From positions 13,268,001 through 13,332,000 of the forward strand of contig NC_043014.1 of the NCBI RefSeq assembly GCF_006345805.1: a stretch of DNA of 64,000 bases, given 5' to 3'. A model generated the notes under the pieces. The model saw only the letters and a list, made by a program, of their open reading frames with translations, ran no database searches and was not told the origin of the DNA. The position numbers and the translations under genes were made by a program. This DNA is from Octopus sinensis. Its lineage: Eukaryota. Position 1 is the stretch's first letter. Each line of letters opens with the position of its first letter. This document shows, piece by piece, positions 37,875-50,237 of the stretch.

Positions 37875-38500
37875 ATGTCTTTTACAAAGAAAAGGTGATA
37901 TGACGAGCCATATTTGAGCTTCTGTTTCACTGTATGCTTACTGCTAGTGGAGTAGAAAAACCACAGTGTGTTCTGTGCCCTGAGGTATTGGCAGCTTCTT
38001 CGCTGAAGCTCAGCAGGCTAAAGAGGCATTTGGAAATGAAACATCCCAGTGCAGCCAACAAAGATGAGGAATTCTTCAGACACCAAGCTGAATGATTGGT
38101 CAAATCCAGGCTTGATGACACAGGAATGTGTATGCAGGACATTGCAGCTGGTCTGAAAGCTTCCTACAAGGTTTCAAGGAAAATTGCTACTGCAAGGAAA
38201 CCTCATAACATTGGAGAGCAGTTAGTTCTTCCTTGCTGCAAAGATATAATCTCACTCGTGCTGCAAAGATATAATCTCACTACAGAAGCTTAAACATGTT
38301 TCACTTTCCAAAAACACCGTCAGTCGATGAATAGCTGAGATATCTCATAATATTTTGTCTCAGGTCATCCCAAAGATAAAAACATAAGTGTTTAACTATG
38401 TCACTATCCCAATTGATGAAACCTTTTAGAACCACTGAAAATGATATATTCCAGAAAGTGGATCACTACATGGCATAAACTGGGAGCACATTATTGGTGT
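37875..38500 (+). pseudogene. hAT (Charlie/Buster/SPIN-like) transposase N-terminal remnant with BED finger
   Basis: SGVEKPQCVLCPEVLAASSLKLSRLKRHLEMKHP...LKASYKVSRKIATARKPHNIGEQLVLPCCKDI, with stops and frameshifts. Confidence 0.85.
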
Positions 38501-38509
38501 GTGCACCAA

Positions 38510-40254
38510 GGGGTCTCGACAAAAGTCCCCTAGGACAAAAAACCCTAGGGACAAAAAACCCGTAGGACAAAAGACCCCAAGGACAAAAGCCCCCTAGGAC
38601 AAAAGACCCCTAGGACAAAAGCTGTATAGTTATATTTATCAGTTATTTTTTCATTTTTAAAATTTGTTATTGAATGTATCAACACCAGAACTTTTTCTTA
38701 CTTGTTGCAGTTATTAGACTGCAGCTGGCCATGCTGGGGCCTTGCAAAATTTTTAGATGGCTGTATGGAACTCAGAATTTTTTTTTTAGGCTTGGTCAAA
38801 ACCACTTCTGTGATATAATTCATTTTTGCTTTTCTTTTTATTTGTTGCAGTCATTAGACTGTGGCCATGCTGGGGCACCACCTTGAGGGATTTTTAGTCG
38901 CTTGTATCAACCCCAGAACTTTTTTTACATGATTTTCAACCAGTGTATGAAGTTAAGCCTAGAAGGTCTCTTGACATACTAGAAATAACAGCCAAATCTC
39001 TTGAAATCTTTTTATAACCTCACTCGGTTATATTTTTTGGTTATTCTTCATTTTTTTTTTTTTTCAAAAAATCTTTTTACTTGTTTCAGTCACTGGACTG
39101 CAGCCATGCTGGAGCACTGTCTTGAAGAATTTTTAGTCGAGCGAATCAACCCCAGAATCTTTTTTAGGTGATTTTCAACCAGCACATAAAATTAAGCCTA
39201 GAAGGTCTCTCCAGATGTTAGATATAACAGCCAAATCTTACAATTTCTTTTTTTTTTTGATAATTTCACATAAACAAAAATGGAAGTCTGTGTTGTAAAA
39301 AAAGAATTATTTCCAAAATTCCAATTTTTAAGTAAACAAGAATATATTCAATCAAAAAACAGTATCTAAACATCTATATCTCTCACAATCGTATGTTCCA
39401 TGTGTTTCCTCGTTTTTCAAATAATTTTTAAAGTTTGAAAATGAAAATAAATCAATCTTAACATCAAAAATAGAATAACAGGACCATTCAATGTACATAT
39501 TGTCTAAATTCTAACAAAAAGGAAAGCATTTACTTCAAGAAATGCGTAGAAATATAAAAATGGTAAGAAGTACATTTAAATGACTATATAATAAATCTCT
39601 GAGCAAGGTATAAACAGCAGCTGCATGACATTGTGAAGTATATTTGGCACTTAAATGTGGCTAACCCTTAAGGGTGGACGGTACTGTAGCTTGTAGCCCC
39701 AGGAAGACACCTCCTCCTGCTGGCTATTGACACACTTTCTGTATCATATCCCTATGTCCTATAGGGCACATAAAGTGTGTTAATAACCAGCTGGAGGAGG
39801 TGTCTTCCTGGGGCTACAAGCTACAGTACCGTCCACCCTTAAGGGTTAGCCACATTTAAGTGGCAAATATACTTCACAATGAATGACTATATATAGACAT
39901 AAAATGAAAGTAAATATTACACATGTCTCTGGCATGTTTTTTCTTCACAAAAACCAGAATTTGTCATTTTTTATGGAGAAACACCCATCTCCTTATTTAG
40001 GTAAACCATAAGCAGTACATTTGAATGACTAGCCTTCTGTTAGACCTTCAGCGGCCAGAGAAAGTTTAAAAGGTCAACTTGTTCTCATTAATCTATAAGT
40101 GGCTGTGTGGTAAGTAGCTTGCTAACCAACTACATGGTTCCAGGTTCAGTCCCATTGCGCGGCATCTTGGGCAAGTGTCTTCTGCTATAGCCCCAGGCCG
40201 ACCAATGCCTTGTGAGTGGATTTGGTAGACGGAAACTGAAAGAAGCCCGTCGTA

Positions 40255-40338
<84 letters not shown>

Positions 40339-41110
40339 CGTGTGTGTGTGTCTGTGTTTGTTCCCCTAGCATTGCTTGACAACCGATGCTGGTGTGTTTA
40401 CGTCTCCGTCACTTAGCGGTTCGGCAAAAGAGACCGATAGAATAAGTTCTGGGCTTACAAAGAATAAGTCCTAGGGTCAATTTGCTCGACTAAAGGTGGT
40501 GCTCCAGCATGGCCGCAGTCGAATGACTGAAACAAGTAAAAGAGTAAAAGAGTAAAGAGTAAGCGCTGAGAGAAGAAAACAAAAGACTTTAAATATATAT
40601 TTTAAAATGCTGATTTTTCTGCAACCAAAAATTCTTCAACCTAGTGCCCCAGCATGGCTGCAGTCCATTAACTGAAATAAGTAAAAAGATTTTTAGAAAA
40701 TAAAAAAAACCCAGGGGATTATAGAAAAATTTCAAAAGATTTGACTGTTGTTTCTAACATGTGGAGATACCTTCTAGGCTTACCTTCATGTGCTGGTTGA
40801 AAATCATTAAAAAAAATTCTGGGGTCGCAACATTCGACTAAAAATTCTTCAAGGTGGTGCCCCTGCATGGCCGCAGTCTAATAACTGTAACAAGCAAAAA
40901 GGAAAACAATTCTGTGGTCGATATGTTCAACTAAAAATTCTACAAGGCAGTGCCGCCCCAGCATGGCCACAGTCAAATGACTGAAATAAGTAAAAGATGA
41001 ACAGGACCAAAAAAATAATCGCAAAAATATAACAGTGGGACTTTTTTCACTTTCAGACTTTAACTCTGGAGCTTTTGTCCGAAGAGGCTTTTGTCCATGG
41101 GGCCACGGAC
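38510..41110. mobile_element. about 2.6-kb foldback-like element with GGACAAAAGnCCC subterminal repeats and inverted arms of SINE-tail-like units
   Basis: Six to seven tandem 18-19-bp GGACAAAAG units at 38520-38625; inverted CTTTTGTCC units at 41070-41100; units at 38690-39250 mirror 40610-40990. Confidence 0.55.
39629..39881. repeat. near-perfect 110-bp inverted repeat (arms 39629-39738 and 39772-39881)
   Basis: Four mismatches counted by eye in 110 bp; 33-nt spacer containing CCCTAT...ATAGGG. Confidence 0.92.
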
Positions 41111-41142
41111 AAGATTGAAAAAGCACAGCTTAATATTGAGGA

Positions 41143-42168
41143 TATAGCGTACCTTTAGTGAAATCATCTCTCTGACATATATAACATAAATACAGACGTA
41201 GCAGATAACAGCTAACCTTCAGCTGCTTGGGCCCTGTTGTGTCTACTACTCCAATTGGTTGGCTTTGGCGTAGTTTGTCTCTTGCTTTATTTCGCGGCAA
41301 TGTGCAACCCAACCAATCGCAGCCTTCTGATAAGGTCCCATGACACAGTCTTCTAAATTCTTTGCTGGAGCCTATAATTTGCTATGAAAGCTTCAGAGAT
41401 TCACTGTATTTTGTCTTTGACCACAGAGCAACTCAGCCAGTTCCAGCGACAGACAACACCACTAGCAGCATTTCAGGACCTCCACCTCCGTCGCCTTCAT
41501 GTTAACGTCGTCTTCACCTTAACATTGCCTCCACCACCGTCGCCTTCAGCTTATCAACGCCAACAACTTCTCGCACATACACAACCATTCGCTTAGGTTT
41601 AACTTCTCACTGTTTGTGAATACTTCATCATGGTTAACAGTAAGCTCAACCAGCAAGAACCTTCTGTACCAAGTAACCCGGCATAGCATAGCAGCCACAA
41701 CCGCTTACACGACATGTGTTCAACCGGCTCTGTCTTGTGACCTCAACTTCTTTGTTACAGAACTTCTGCTATTGTGCACCTTACTACGAACTGGTATTTA
41801 TCTCACACTTCATTGTGTCTGAACTTCTAGCGTCCTGTCATAGACTCATTTCTATGCTCTGTATTTTATCTCACACGCATACACCCTTGTTTGTACACAG
41901 ATACACATTATTGTATGCTTGACGGCCTGTCTGTTACTATTGTTCTTATATATGTACTTATGACGCATACACGTACACACACTCTGCTACCAACATGTTA
42001 ACATCTAAATAAAACCTTTCTCTTAAACATTGTACGGTTGTGTCGTCTTTCCTTATTCCTTCTGGCACTCATATTCATTTATCCACACTGTGGTTTTTAT
42101 TGTAAGGCGACCGTGTGGTGTCTAGAGTCATTCATTCATGACCTCTCCTTTCACACAGTCGTTCTACA
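41143..42168 (+). mobile_element. solo LTR (TATAG...CTACA) with 4-bp TSD AGGA, Ty3/Gypsy-like
   Basis: AGGA at 41139-41142 and 42169-42172; terminal 5-bp inverted motif; internal AATAAA. Confidence 0.85.
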
Positions 42169-42549
42169 AGGACATATTACAAACCAAACAAGTTCACTCC
42201 TCTTATTGAAATTTTTTATTTTATGAGTAAAATTTTCTCTCATGAAAAATTATTTTATACAAGGTCATTTGGCTTTGTTCGTCTTCTCTGATTTTTTTCA
42301 TTTAGAGGGCGGGGTGGGAACCATAGGATGATTAGGTTCAGATTATGATTACATCGGAATTTATTTAATATGAAAAGAAAAACAAAAATGGTGGGTGGCT
42401 CACACATACCATTTATATACTCTTACTCTCTTTTACTCTTTTAATTGTTTCAGTCAGTTGACTGTGGCCATGCTGGAGCACCGCTTTTAGTCGAGCAAAT
42501 CGACCCCAGGACTTATTTTTTGTAAGCCTAGAACTTATTCTATCGGTCT

Positions 42550-42587
<38 letters not shown>

Positions 42588-43631
42588 GCCGGTGGCACGT
42601 AAAAAGCACCCACTACACTCACGGAGTGGTTGGTGTTAGGAAGGGCATCCAGCCATAGAAACATTGCCAGATCAGACTGGGTTTGGTGCAGCCTTCTGGC
42701 TTCCCAGACCCCAGTTTAAACGTCCAACCCATGCTAGCATGGAAAGCGGACGCTAAATGATGATGATGATATATATACGATGGGCTTCTTTCAGTTTCCG
42801 TCAACCAAATACCCTCACAAGGCTTTGGTCGGCCTGAAGCTATAGTAGAAGACACTTGCCCAAGGTGCCATGCAGTGGGACTGAACCCGGGACCATATGG
42901 TTAGTAAGCAAGTTACTTACCACACATACAAATTTTGAAAAAAGTTGTGATGTGTGTCAGTATATATGCGTGCGTGACTACGTTTTTTTGCTTGTTTTTT
43001 TTTACACATTAAATTCCTATGTATTCGTAATCAACACGATCTGAAAAATATTTGTAGAAAATTTCAGTAAAAAATACTCATTTGAAGCAAATAAAGTCAG
43101 CGGTGGGGCACATTTGTGTAGGTTTGCAGTACGTACTTTTCATTTGCTTAAGAACCAAATGAACGCCCTAACAACTATCAACACATTCCACTGCTCTGTT
43201 GCACATCGGTGACCCCTGACCTCGGCTATGGTATATCAAAGCTGTTGCTATAGCTGTTTGCCTCTTAACTAGTCATGATCGAGCAAACTTCCGTATATAG
43301 TACACCAGAGCATTCTATATAAGCACATAATAATAATAATAATGATGATGATGATGATGATGATGATAATAATAATAATAATAATACACATGTATTGAGA
43401 AGAGCATTGTCGATGTGAGAACTATTACTACCCATGTATTTTACTAATCTGACAGCCTATTTTACTTTATTTCTATCAAAAAAAAAAAAATGAACGAACT
43501 AGTGAGTTTAGTTTAATGGCCTACCAATGTATACTATGAGTTTCTTTGCCCTAGGAGTCGGGAAGACACTCGGCAAGAAATGGAAGCAAATTTGAAAGAA
43601 GAAGAAAAACTCATAAATAATAATGATGATG

Positions 43632-43684
<53 letters not shown>

Positions 43685-44698
43685 TATTGGTTTCAAATTT
43701 TGGGGCCAGCAATTACGAGGGAGGCGTAAGTCGATGACATCAACCCCAGTACCCAACAGGTGCTTATTTTATCGACCCCGAAACAATGAAAGGGAAAGCT
43801 GACCCCGACTGTATTTGAACTCAGAACGGGCAGAAAGACGAAATGCCGCTAAGCATCTTGCTCGGCGTACAATTTTTCGTGCTTACCCCCTCAACAATAA
43901 TTATTATTATTGGTAAGGCAGCAAGCTGGCAGAATCGTTACCATGCTTTGCGGCATTTCTTCCTGCTTTTTATATTCTGACTCCAAATGCCGACGAGACT
44001 GACTTTGCCTTTCGTCTGACGGAGATCAATAAAATAAGTACCGGTTAAGAATAGAGGTCGGTGTAATCAACTAACCCACTTCCCAAAAAATTTCAGGCCT
44101 CATGCTTAATAGTAGAAAAGATAATTATCATCGCCATGATCATTGTCAATATTAATTTAAACGTATAATAGAGTTGTTACTATCCTCTGTGTGTGTGTGC
44201 GTGTGTGTGTGTATGTGCATGTGTTTGTGTGTGTGTGTGCATGTTTGTGTGTGTGTGAGTGTATGTGCGTGTGTGTGTGTGTATGTGCACGTGCGTGCGT
44301 GCGTGTGTGTGTGTTTAGAATTTAAGACGGTTTGTGTATAATTTTGACTGAGATTTGGCTGCTATTACAAGCCTGACCAGCGACCACTTGTGGGGCTTTC
44401 CTCGTAACCTCCACTACGAGCACGTTGAAGGGCGTGACCGTTGGCTGAACGAGTGGCCAAATGAAACAAAGGGAGGTAATGCAGTTGCTGACTGACAAAA
44501 ATAATCCAACAAGTTTACAGTTTTGCTTCGAAGATTTCGGATCGCCTAAACTTCCGAAATGGTCAATAACAGTTGTAATTGCCACTGTATTCATCATCAG
44601 CCAGGTGTCCGAGCGGTAAAAGAAAGTGTTATGTGGCTTTGCACGTTTTCCTTTCCCAGTAGACTTTTGCTTAATACAACAAATGCAATTAGACTCAC

Positions 44699-44747
44699 GT
44701 GAGAGAATGTAAACAAAGCAAAACACAAAAAAAAAAACACGCACCAT
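44699..44747 (-). CDS. putative first coding exon (signal-peptide-like MVRVFFFVFCFVYILS) of a divergently transcribed gene
   Basis: ATG at 44747, hydrophobic 16-mer, consensus donor C|GTGAGT; 854 bp from the MFSD5 ATG. Downstream exons not established. Confidence 0.35.
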
Positions 44748-44749
44748 AA

Positions 44750-45601
44750 AAACAAGAGCAATAACAACAATATTCAGATATTAGACATTTTAAACATTAT
44801 TTATTATGTTGGCTGACAACTGGCAAAAGATCGTCTTTCGTGGGTTAATTTATACACGGACAGAGCACTATGACCCTCTCTTTATATTTCACAGTTCGTC
44901 TGTGTTGAAGTAGTTAATATATATATATTTAAGTTTATTTTCTTGTATATCAGGGTGGTGCAGTTTTTCCACCTTCAACGTCTTCCTCCACCCTCAACCT
45001 CTTATAAATAGCTCGTAACACAATTGTTGACGTATTGATTACGCTTTCGCTTATTTAGCTCTCGGGTCAGCCCTAACCTGATAGCCTAATGATACCAGGT
45101 ATTTCTGCCGTGACGATCACAGTCGTTTCAAAACACGGCTGCTATTTCCAAGCGATCTAACTTCTACATTTGATCGGTCTTGCCTTAGCAGACTTATGAT
45201 AAAAGGCAATTTAACCTTCATTTCATAGTATATTTAAGATTATATTATCCAATGCGTACGTCCTTTCTTTCCATGTTTTTTAAGATAATAATTTCTGGGT
45301 AACTTTGGCTATTATTTCTGGCATGTGCAGTGACCGACCTGTAACATCTCCCGATGAATCGCTAAGTATATTTGTATAAGCCAATTGTATAACTCGATGA
45401 CAAGCTGTATATGTTTACATAGGGCCTGTTGCCATCCGTGTATTATCATAAATAATCGAGTCTTTTAAGTGTTCAGATCATTATTGATTCCTTTCCTACT
45501 GACACGACGTGTAATAACCTAATTCTGTAAAATCAAGGATTCATCTTAACTGAAAAGTAAAAGAACGAGGAAGAAAAAAAAAACAAGGAAGAACTTTTAA
45601 A
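44750..45601. promoter_or_regulatory. probable promoter region of MFSD5-like gene, possibly bidirectional
   Basis: Lies upstream of the MFSD5 ATG and is noticeably richer in CpG than the surrounding DNA, including old repeats that keep their CpGs. No specific motif assigned. Confidence 0.45.
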
Positions 45602-45752
45602 ATGTCGATTTTTTTATCTATATTCTTTGCATTCTTAGCAATCTGCTTGTTGCTGCACCTGCATACATACAACAGCAACAAATTAAGCTCTGACAACCTT
45701 GCTTATCACACCCTCCAACGGACCTACCTGGGCGGCTACCTGCTTGCAGTTG
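45602..45752 (+). CDS. MFSD5: molybdate-anion transporter (MFSD5/MOT2 family) coding exon 1
   Basis: MSIFLSIFFAFLAICLLLHL...LQRTYLGGYLLAV, then G|GTAAAT (phase 1), matching the family FQRxYLxxYLLA motif. Confidence 0.9.
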
Positions 45753-46339
45753 GTAAATATTCAAATTTTGTTAACAATGGCGGGAACCAATCTCAGTGAT
45801 TGTTCCCTTTGGGGGGTGTGTGTGTGTGTGAGAGAGAGAGAGGGGGGGATTATGGAGTAAGAGGTAAGCTACTGGCTTACGAACTCCCAGACTTGAGTTC
45901 GATTTCTGGTAAAAACTAACTTCACTTCATATATTTATTTTTCTGAGACCTTTGAGAAAAACATGAAGGGGCATGTGTCACTTTGTTATCCATTCCTAAC
46001 ATTTTGTCTTTTTCATTTTTATTTAAAATTTTTTTTTTGCCTTGGCACCAAATCGAATCTGCAATCCGTTTTCGATTTTCTCTATTCTGCAAATGACTTT
46101 TGGAAAAACATTAACCCAGCAACAACCATATATTTCTTCCTTCACACACACACACACACACACATCAATTGTCTGTGTTAACTATATCCCAAAAATGGAG
46201 CCTTGTAACTTTGTTAGAAACTGGCTCCCTCCTCAGTGGAAGATTTATAATAATTAAAAAAGAGAAGAGACATACATACTAACAAAAAGCAAAACATACA
46301 AGTCTGCATATGCACTGGCCCCAAATACTGCACACATAC

Positions 46340-46866
46340 ACACTTGGTTGGTTGGCATCCTTTTTGTCTCGGGAGACAATGGAGTTGCGCATAAAGTAGT
46401 CTAGTCCGGCTTTTACATTTCATGTCCTGATACATTTCCTGCTGTGGCTGTGTAGTCCTATCCTGGACAAACACTCCCTCTGGCAGGTACCGCAAATGTA
46501 GCGAAGACTGTTCCTGGCTGGTTGTAATGCCATAGTTTCTTGTTGACGCCTTTTCTTGTCTTTCCATTTCTCCTCTCTCTCTCTGTCACTCCTTTGTATT
46601 CCCTCTCTTACGGTACGTCGCCAGTCTCCACGGTTGCCGGCAACTGCCTCCCAACCGCTAATATTGATGTTGCAGGCCTTCATGTCCCTTTTGCAAACAT
46701 CCTTGTAACGTAAGAGCGGTCTACCCACAGACCTAGTACCCCTAGCAAGCTCTCCGTAGAGTATGTCCTTGGGGATTCTGCCATCTTTCATACGGTTAAC
46801 ATGCCCAAGCCATCTCATACGTCTTTGTGTGAGGAGTGCAAACATGCTTGGTATTCTTGCTTGCCT
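46340..46866 (-). pseudogene. RTE/BovB-like LINE 3' fragment
   Basis: RRMRWLGHVNRMKDGRIPKDILYGELARGTRSVGRPLLRYKD...CGTCQRECLSRIGLHSHSRKC; (CCAA)n tail. Confidence 0.88.
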
Positions 46867-46964
46867 GAGGACACATACAAATATGCACAAATACCCTGTT
46901 TATGTTGAAATTCTAACGGAAGAACCTTGTCTCTTTTCTGGTGATAAATTACTAGTTTTGCCCA

Positions 46965-49760
46965 TATCATCATCATCATCATCGTTTAACGTCCGTTTTC
47001 CATGCTAGCATGGGTTGAACAGTTCGACCGGGGTCTGGGAAGCCAGGAAGCTGCACCAGGCTCCAGCCTGATCTGGCAGTGTTTCTACAGCTGGATCCCC
47101 TTCCTAATACCAACCACTTCGTGGGTGTAGTGGGTACTTTTTATGTGCCACTAGCACAGGAGCCAGAAGACGCCGGCAACAGCCACAATCGGTTGGTGCT
47201 TTTTACGTGCTACTGGCACGGAAGCCAGTCATGGTGGCGTTGGCATCGGCCACATTCAGATGGTGCTTCTTACATGTCACTGGCACGGGTATCACAACTA
47301 CAATTTCCATTTGATTTTTATTTTGATGTTGACGTACTTGACTCAGTAGTTCTCCTCAAGCACAGCAGGTCACCCCACGATCCAAGGTAAGCACAGCAGG
47401 CCGTCCTGTGATAAAAAGTACTTTGAGTGGGCTGGGGCTGATTGTGCGAAGCTGGTGTAGGATACAGCCATGAACTAACTTTATTTGTCAGGTCTTCACA
47501 GTCATAGCATATCTCCAGGGGTCTAGGTCTTTCATCATTGCCTCTGTGAGACCCAACGTTCGAAGGTCATGCTTGACCACCTAATCCCATGTCTTCCTGG
47601 GTCTACCTCTACCCCATATTCCTTCAACTGTTTGGGAGTGGCACGTCTTCATACATCTCTCCTCATCCATTCATAGTACATGACCACACCAGCGCAAACC
47701 TTTCTCTTGCACTCCATCCGATGCTTCTTATGTCCAGCATTTCTCTCAGGGTGCTTACACTCTGTCGTGTGTGTACACTGACATTACACATCCAGCGGAT
47801 CATGCTAGCTTCATTTCTTTCGAGCCTGTGCATGTCCTCCACAGTCACGGCCCATGTTTCACTACCGTGAAGCATGGCAGTTCGCACACATGCGTCATAC
47901 AATCTACCTTTCACTCTAAATGATAGACCCTTTGTCACCAGTAGGGGTAGAAGCTTTCTAAACTTTGCCCAGGCTATTCTTATTCTAGTGGCAACACTCT
48001 ATGAGCATCCACCCCCACTACTAACTTGGTCACCTAGGTAGCAGAAGCTATCAACTACTTCTAGTTTCTTCCCCTGGAGTGTGATGGAATTTGTTTTCTG
48101 AGTATCTGTAGTGTCTATTACACCATGCATCTGCTGCACATGAAAGCTATCTTCTTGGTTAATTTTCCTTTGATGTTACTGCACCTCTTATGCGGCCATA
48201 GCTTACACTGGGTGCATCATTTGGAGTTTCTACCTACACCTTTTCTACAGATCGAGCAGGGCCACCTACCTGAGGGGTTGTGTGATGAGTTCGTCTTTCT
48301 GCTTACTATAACTTTGGTCTTTGCTATATTTACTCTAAGGCCTTTTGATTCTAAACCTAGCTTCCACACCCAAAATTTCTTTTCTAGTTCCGGTAGTGAT
48401 TCTGCTATGAGGGCCAGGTCATTAGCATAGAGGAGCTCCCAGGGGCAACCCATCTTGAATTCCTCTGTTATTGCCTGGAGGACTATGTTGAATAAAAGGG
48501 GGCTGAATCTTGGTGGACCCCTACTTCTACCCGGAATTCTTCACTATACTCATTGCCAATCCTAACCTTACTAATGGCCTCTCTGTATAGGGCCTGTACA
48601 GCCCTTATTAACCATTCGTCAATCTTCTTTTTCTGCATCGCCCACCAGATAAGGGATCGGGGACCCTGTCAAAGGCTTTCTCCAAGTCCACAAAAGCTAA
48701 GTAGAGGGGTTTATCTTCAGCTAGGTATTTCTCCTGCAGTTGTCGAACCAGGGATATGGCATCAGTGGTGCTTCTACCCAGCACAAAACTGAACTGCATC
48801 TCATCTAAGCAGACTCTCTCCCTAATGAGATGGGTTATGACCCTCTCCATGACCTTCATCACCTGATCCAGCAGTTTGATACCCCTGTAGTTATTTCTAT
48901 CTAGAGCATCACCTTTACCCTTGTAGCAGTTGACTATGGTGCTGCTACACCAGTCATTGGGTATGACTCCATCATGAACTACCTGGTTTACAATGCGGGT
49001 GACTAGGCCATAGCCCACACTACCAGATGGGCTGGGGGCTTTTCCTGGCTTCATACCCTTAATTGCTTTATCTACTAGGGAGCTGTCTATTGGGATAGCT
49101 GGTCCTTCTACTGGGTCAACATTTGGCAGGCTCTCCTCCTCCCATTCATTCTCCACATTCAGCAGTCTTTCATAATGGTTTCTCCAAGCCTCTTTCTTTT
49201 CAGAATCATTAAAAGCATGAGCACCATCCTCCATGCAGACACATTTCTCTCCTGTGACAGCACAATTTTCTCTCACGCACTGTCTAGCAATCCAAAATAC
49301 CTCAGTTCTTTGGTCCTCATGTCGCTGGACATTGGCAAACTTCTTCTTTTCTGCTTCGCCCTTGGCTATGTATACCTGCCCCTCAGCCTCCCTTTTGGCT
49401 AGGCTACCTGGTACAGTTCCCTGCTACCCCCACCCTTACAGGCTTTCCAGGCCTGTTTCTTTGCTCTAATGGCTTTGTCTACCATACTATTCCATGATTA
49501 CGTAATTCTAGGTCTGGGAGGGACTTTGCACCATCCGCAGACTTTCCAGCTACCTTCTATGTCCAATGTCTGTAGCTCCTCCTCCCTCTCATCAAATTTC
49601 TTGATGAGGATGTCCCTAAATCTCTGACCATGTGAAGGGTTCTTTAGCTTCCAAATCCTTCTTTTTTTGGATTGGTCTGCTTCTTGGTATCCTTCTGGCC
49701 TCGAGCCTAAAGTCACTAATGACTAGCCTATGCTGGGGGGGGGGGTACATTCTTCACCTA
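46965..49760 (-). mobile_element. 5'-truncated, degenerate RTE LINE (RT domain through 3'UTR and (GAT)n tail)
   Basis: YKGKGDALDRNNYRGIKLL, AFVDLEKAFDRVP, LLYANDLALIAES, RLYDACVRTAMLHGSETW, contiguous with the 3'UTR found dispersed across the window. Confidence 0.9.
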
Positions 49761-50197
49761 GGAGTGTCTTTCTCCTGATACATACACACATACAAAAAAA
49801 AAGAAGAAAGAAAAAAGAAAGAAAGAGTAAACACAAATGATGTTTGAAATGTATAACACTTGTTTCGGTAGCTTTTTATTTAATGTACTCACAAAAAATT
49901 ACATCATACAACCGAAACAGCTGTCACGAATTTTAATACCATTTGTGTTTATTTTTTATACCTGTACCACACTAAGGACCCACCAGTGAGGTTGAATCTG
50001 TGGTTATGAATTGGATTTGGTATTTGCATTTCTACAGAATTCTTCCAACACTTGAAGTCTTCAATGTTGTTTCATTTCAGTGTGAGCACTATTTGGTCAT
50101 GCCCAGCCATTTCTTATGTTTAAGAAGTTGATATGAATTGATTCTTAATAATTTTTATAACTAAATTATATAAATATATATATATAATAAATATATG

Positions 50198-50237
<40 letters not shown>

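Noticed and set aside
42920-43043. Strong minus-strand acceptor at 43041 as exon 2 of the divergent gene
   Set aside because: All three frames hit a stop before any usable donor.
43225-43300. Minus-strand CAAACAGCTATA with TTGC/GCAA flanks
   Set aside because: The core differs from CUGANGA at three positions; too degenerate to call.
44322-44747. 141-aa minus-strand ORF as a single-exon gene
   Set aside because: Its 3' end runs into a repeat, there is no recognisable homology, and a consensus donor follows codon 16; only the first exon was kept.
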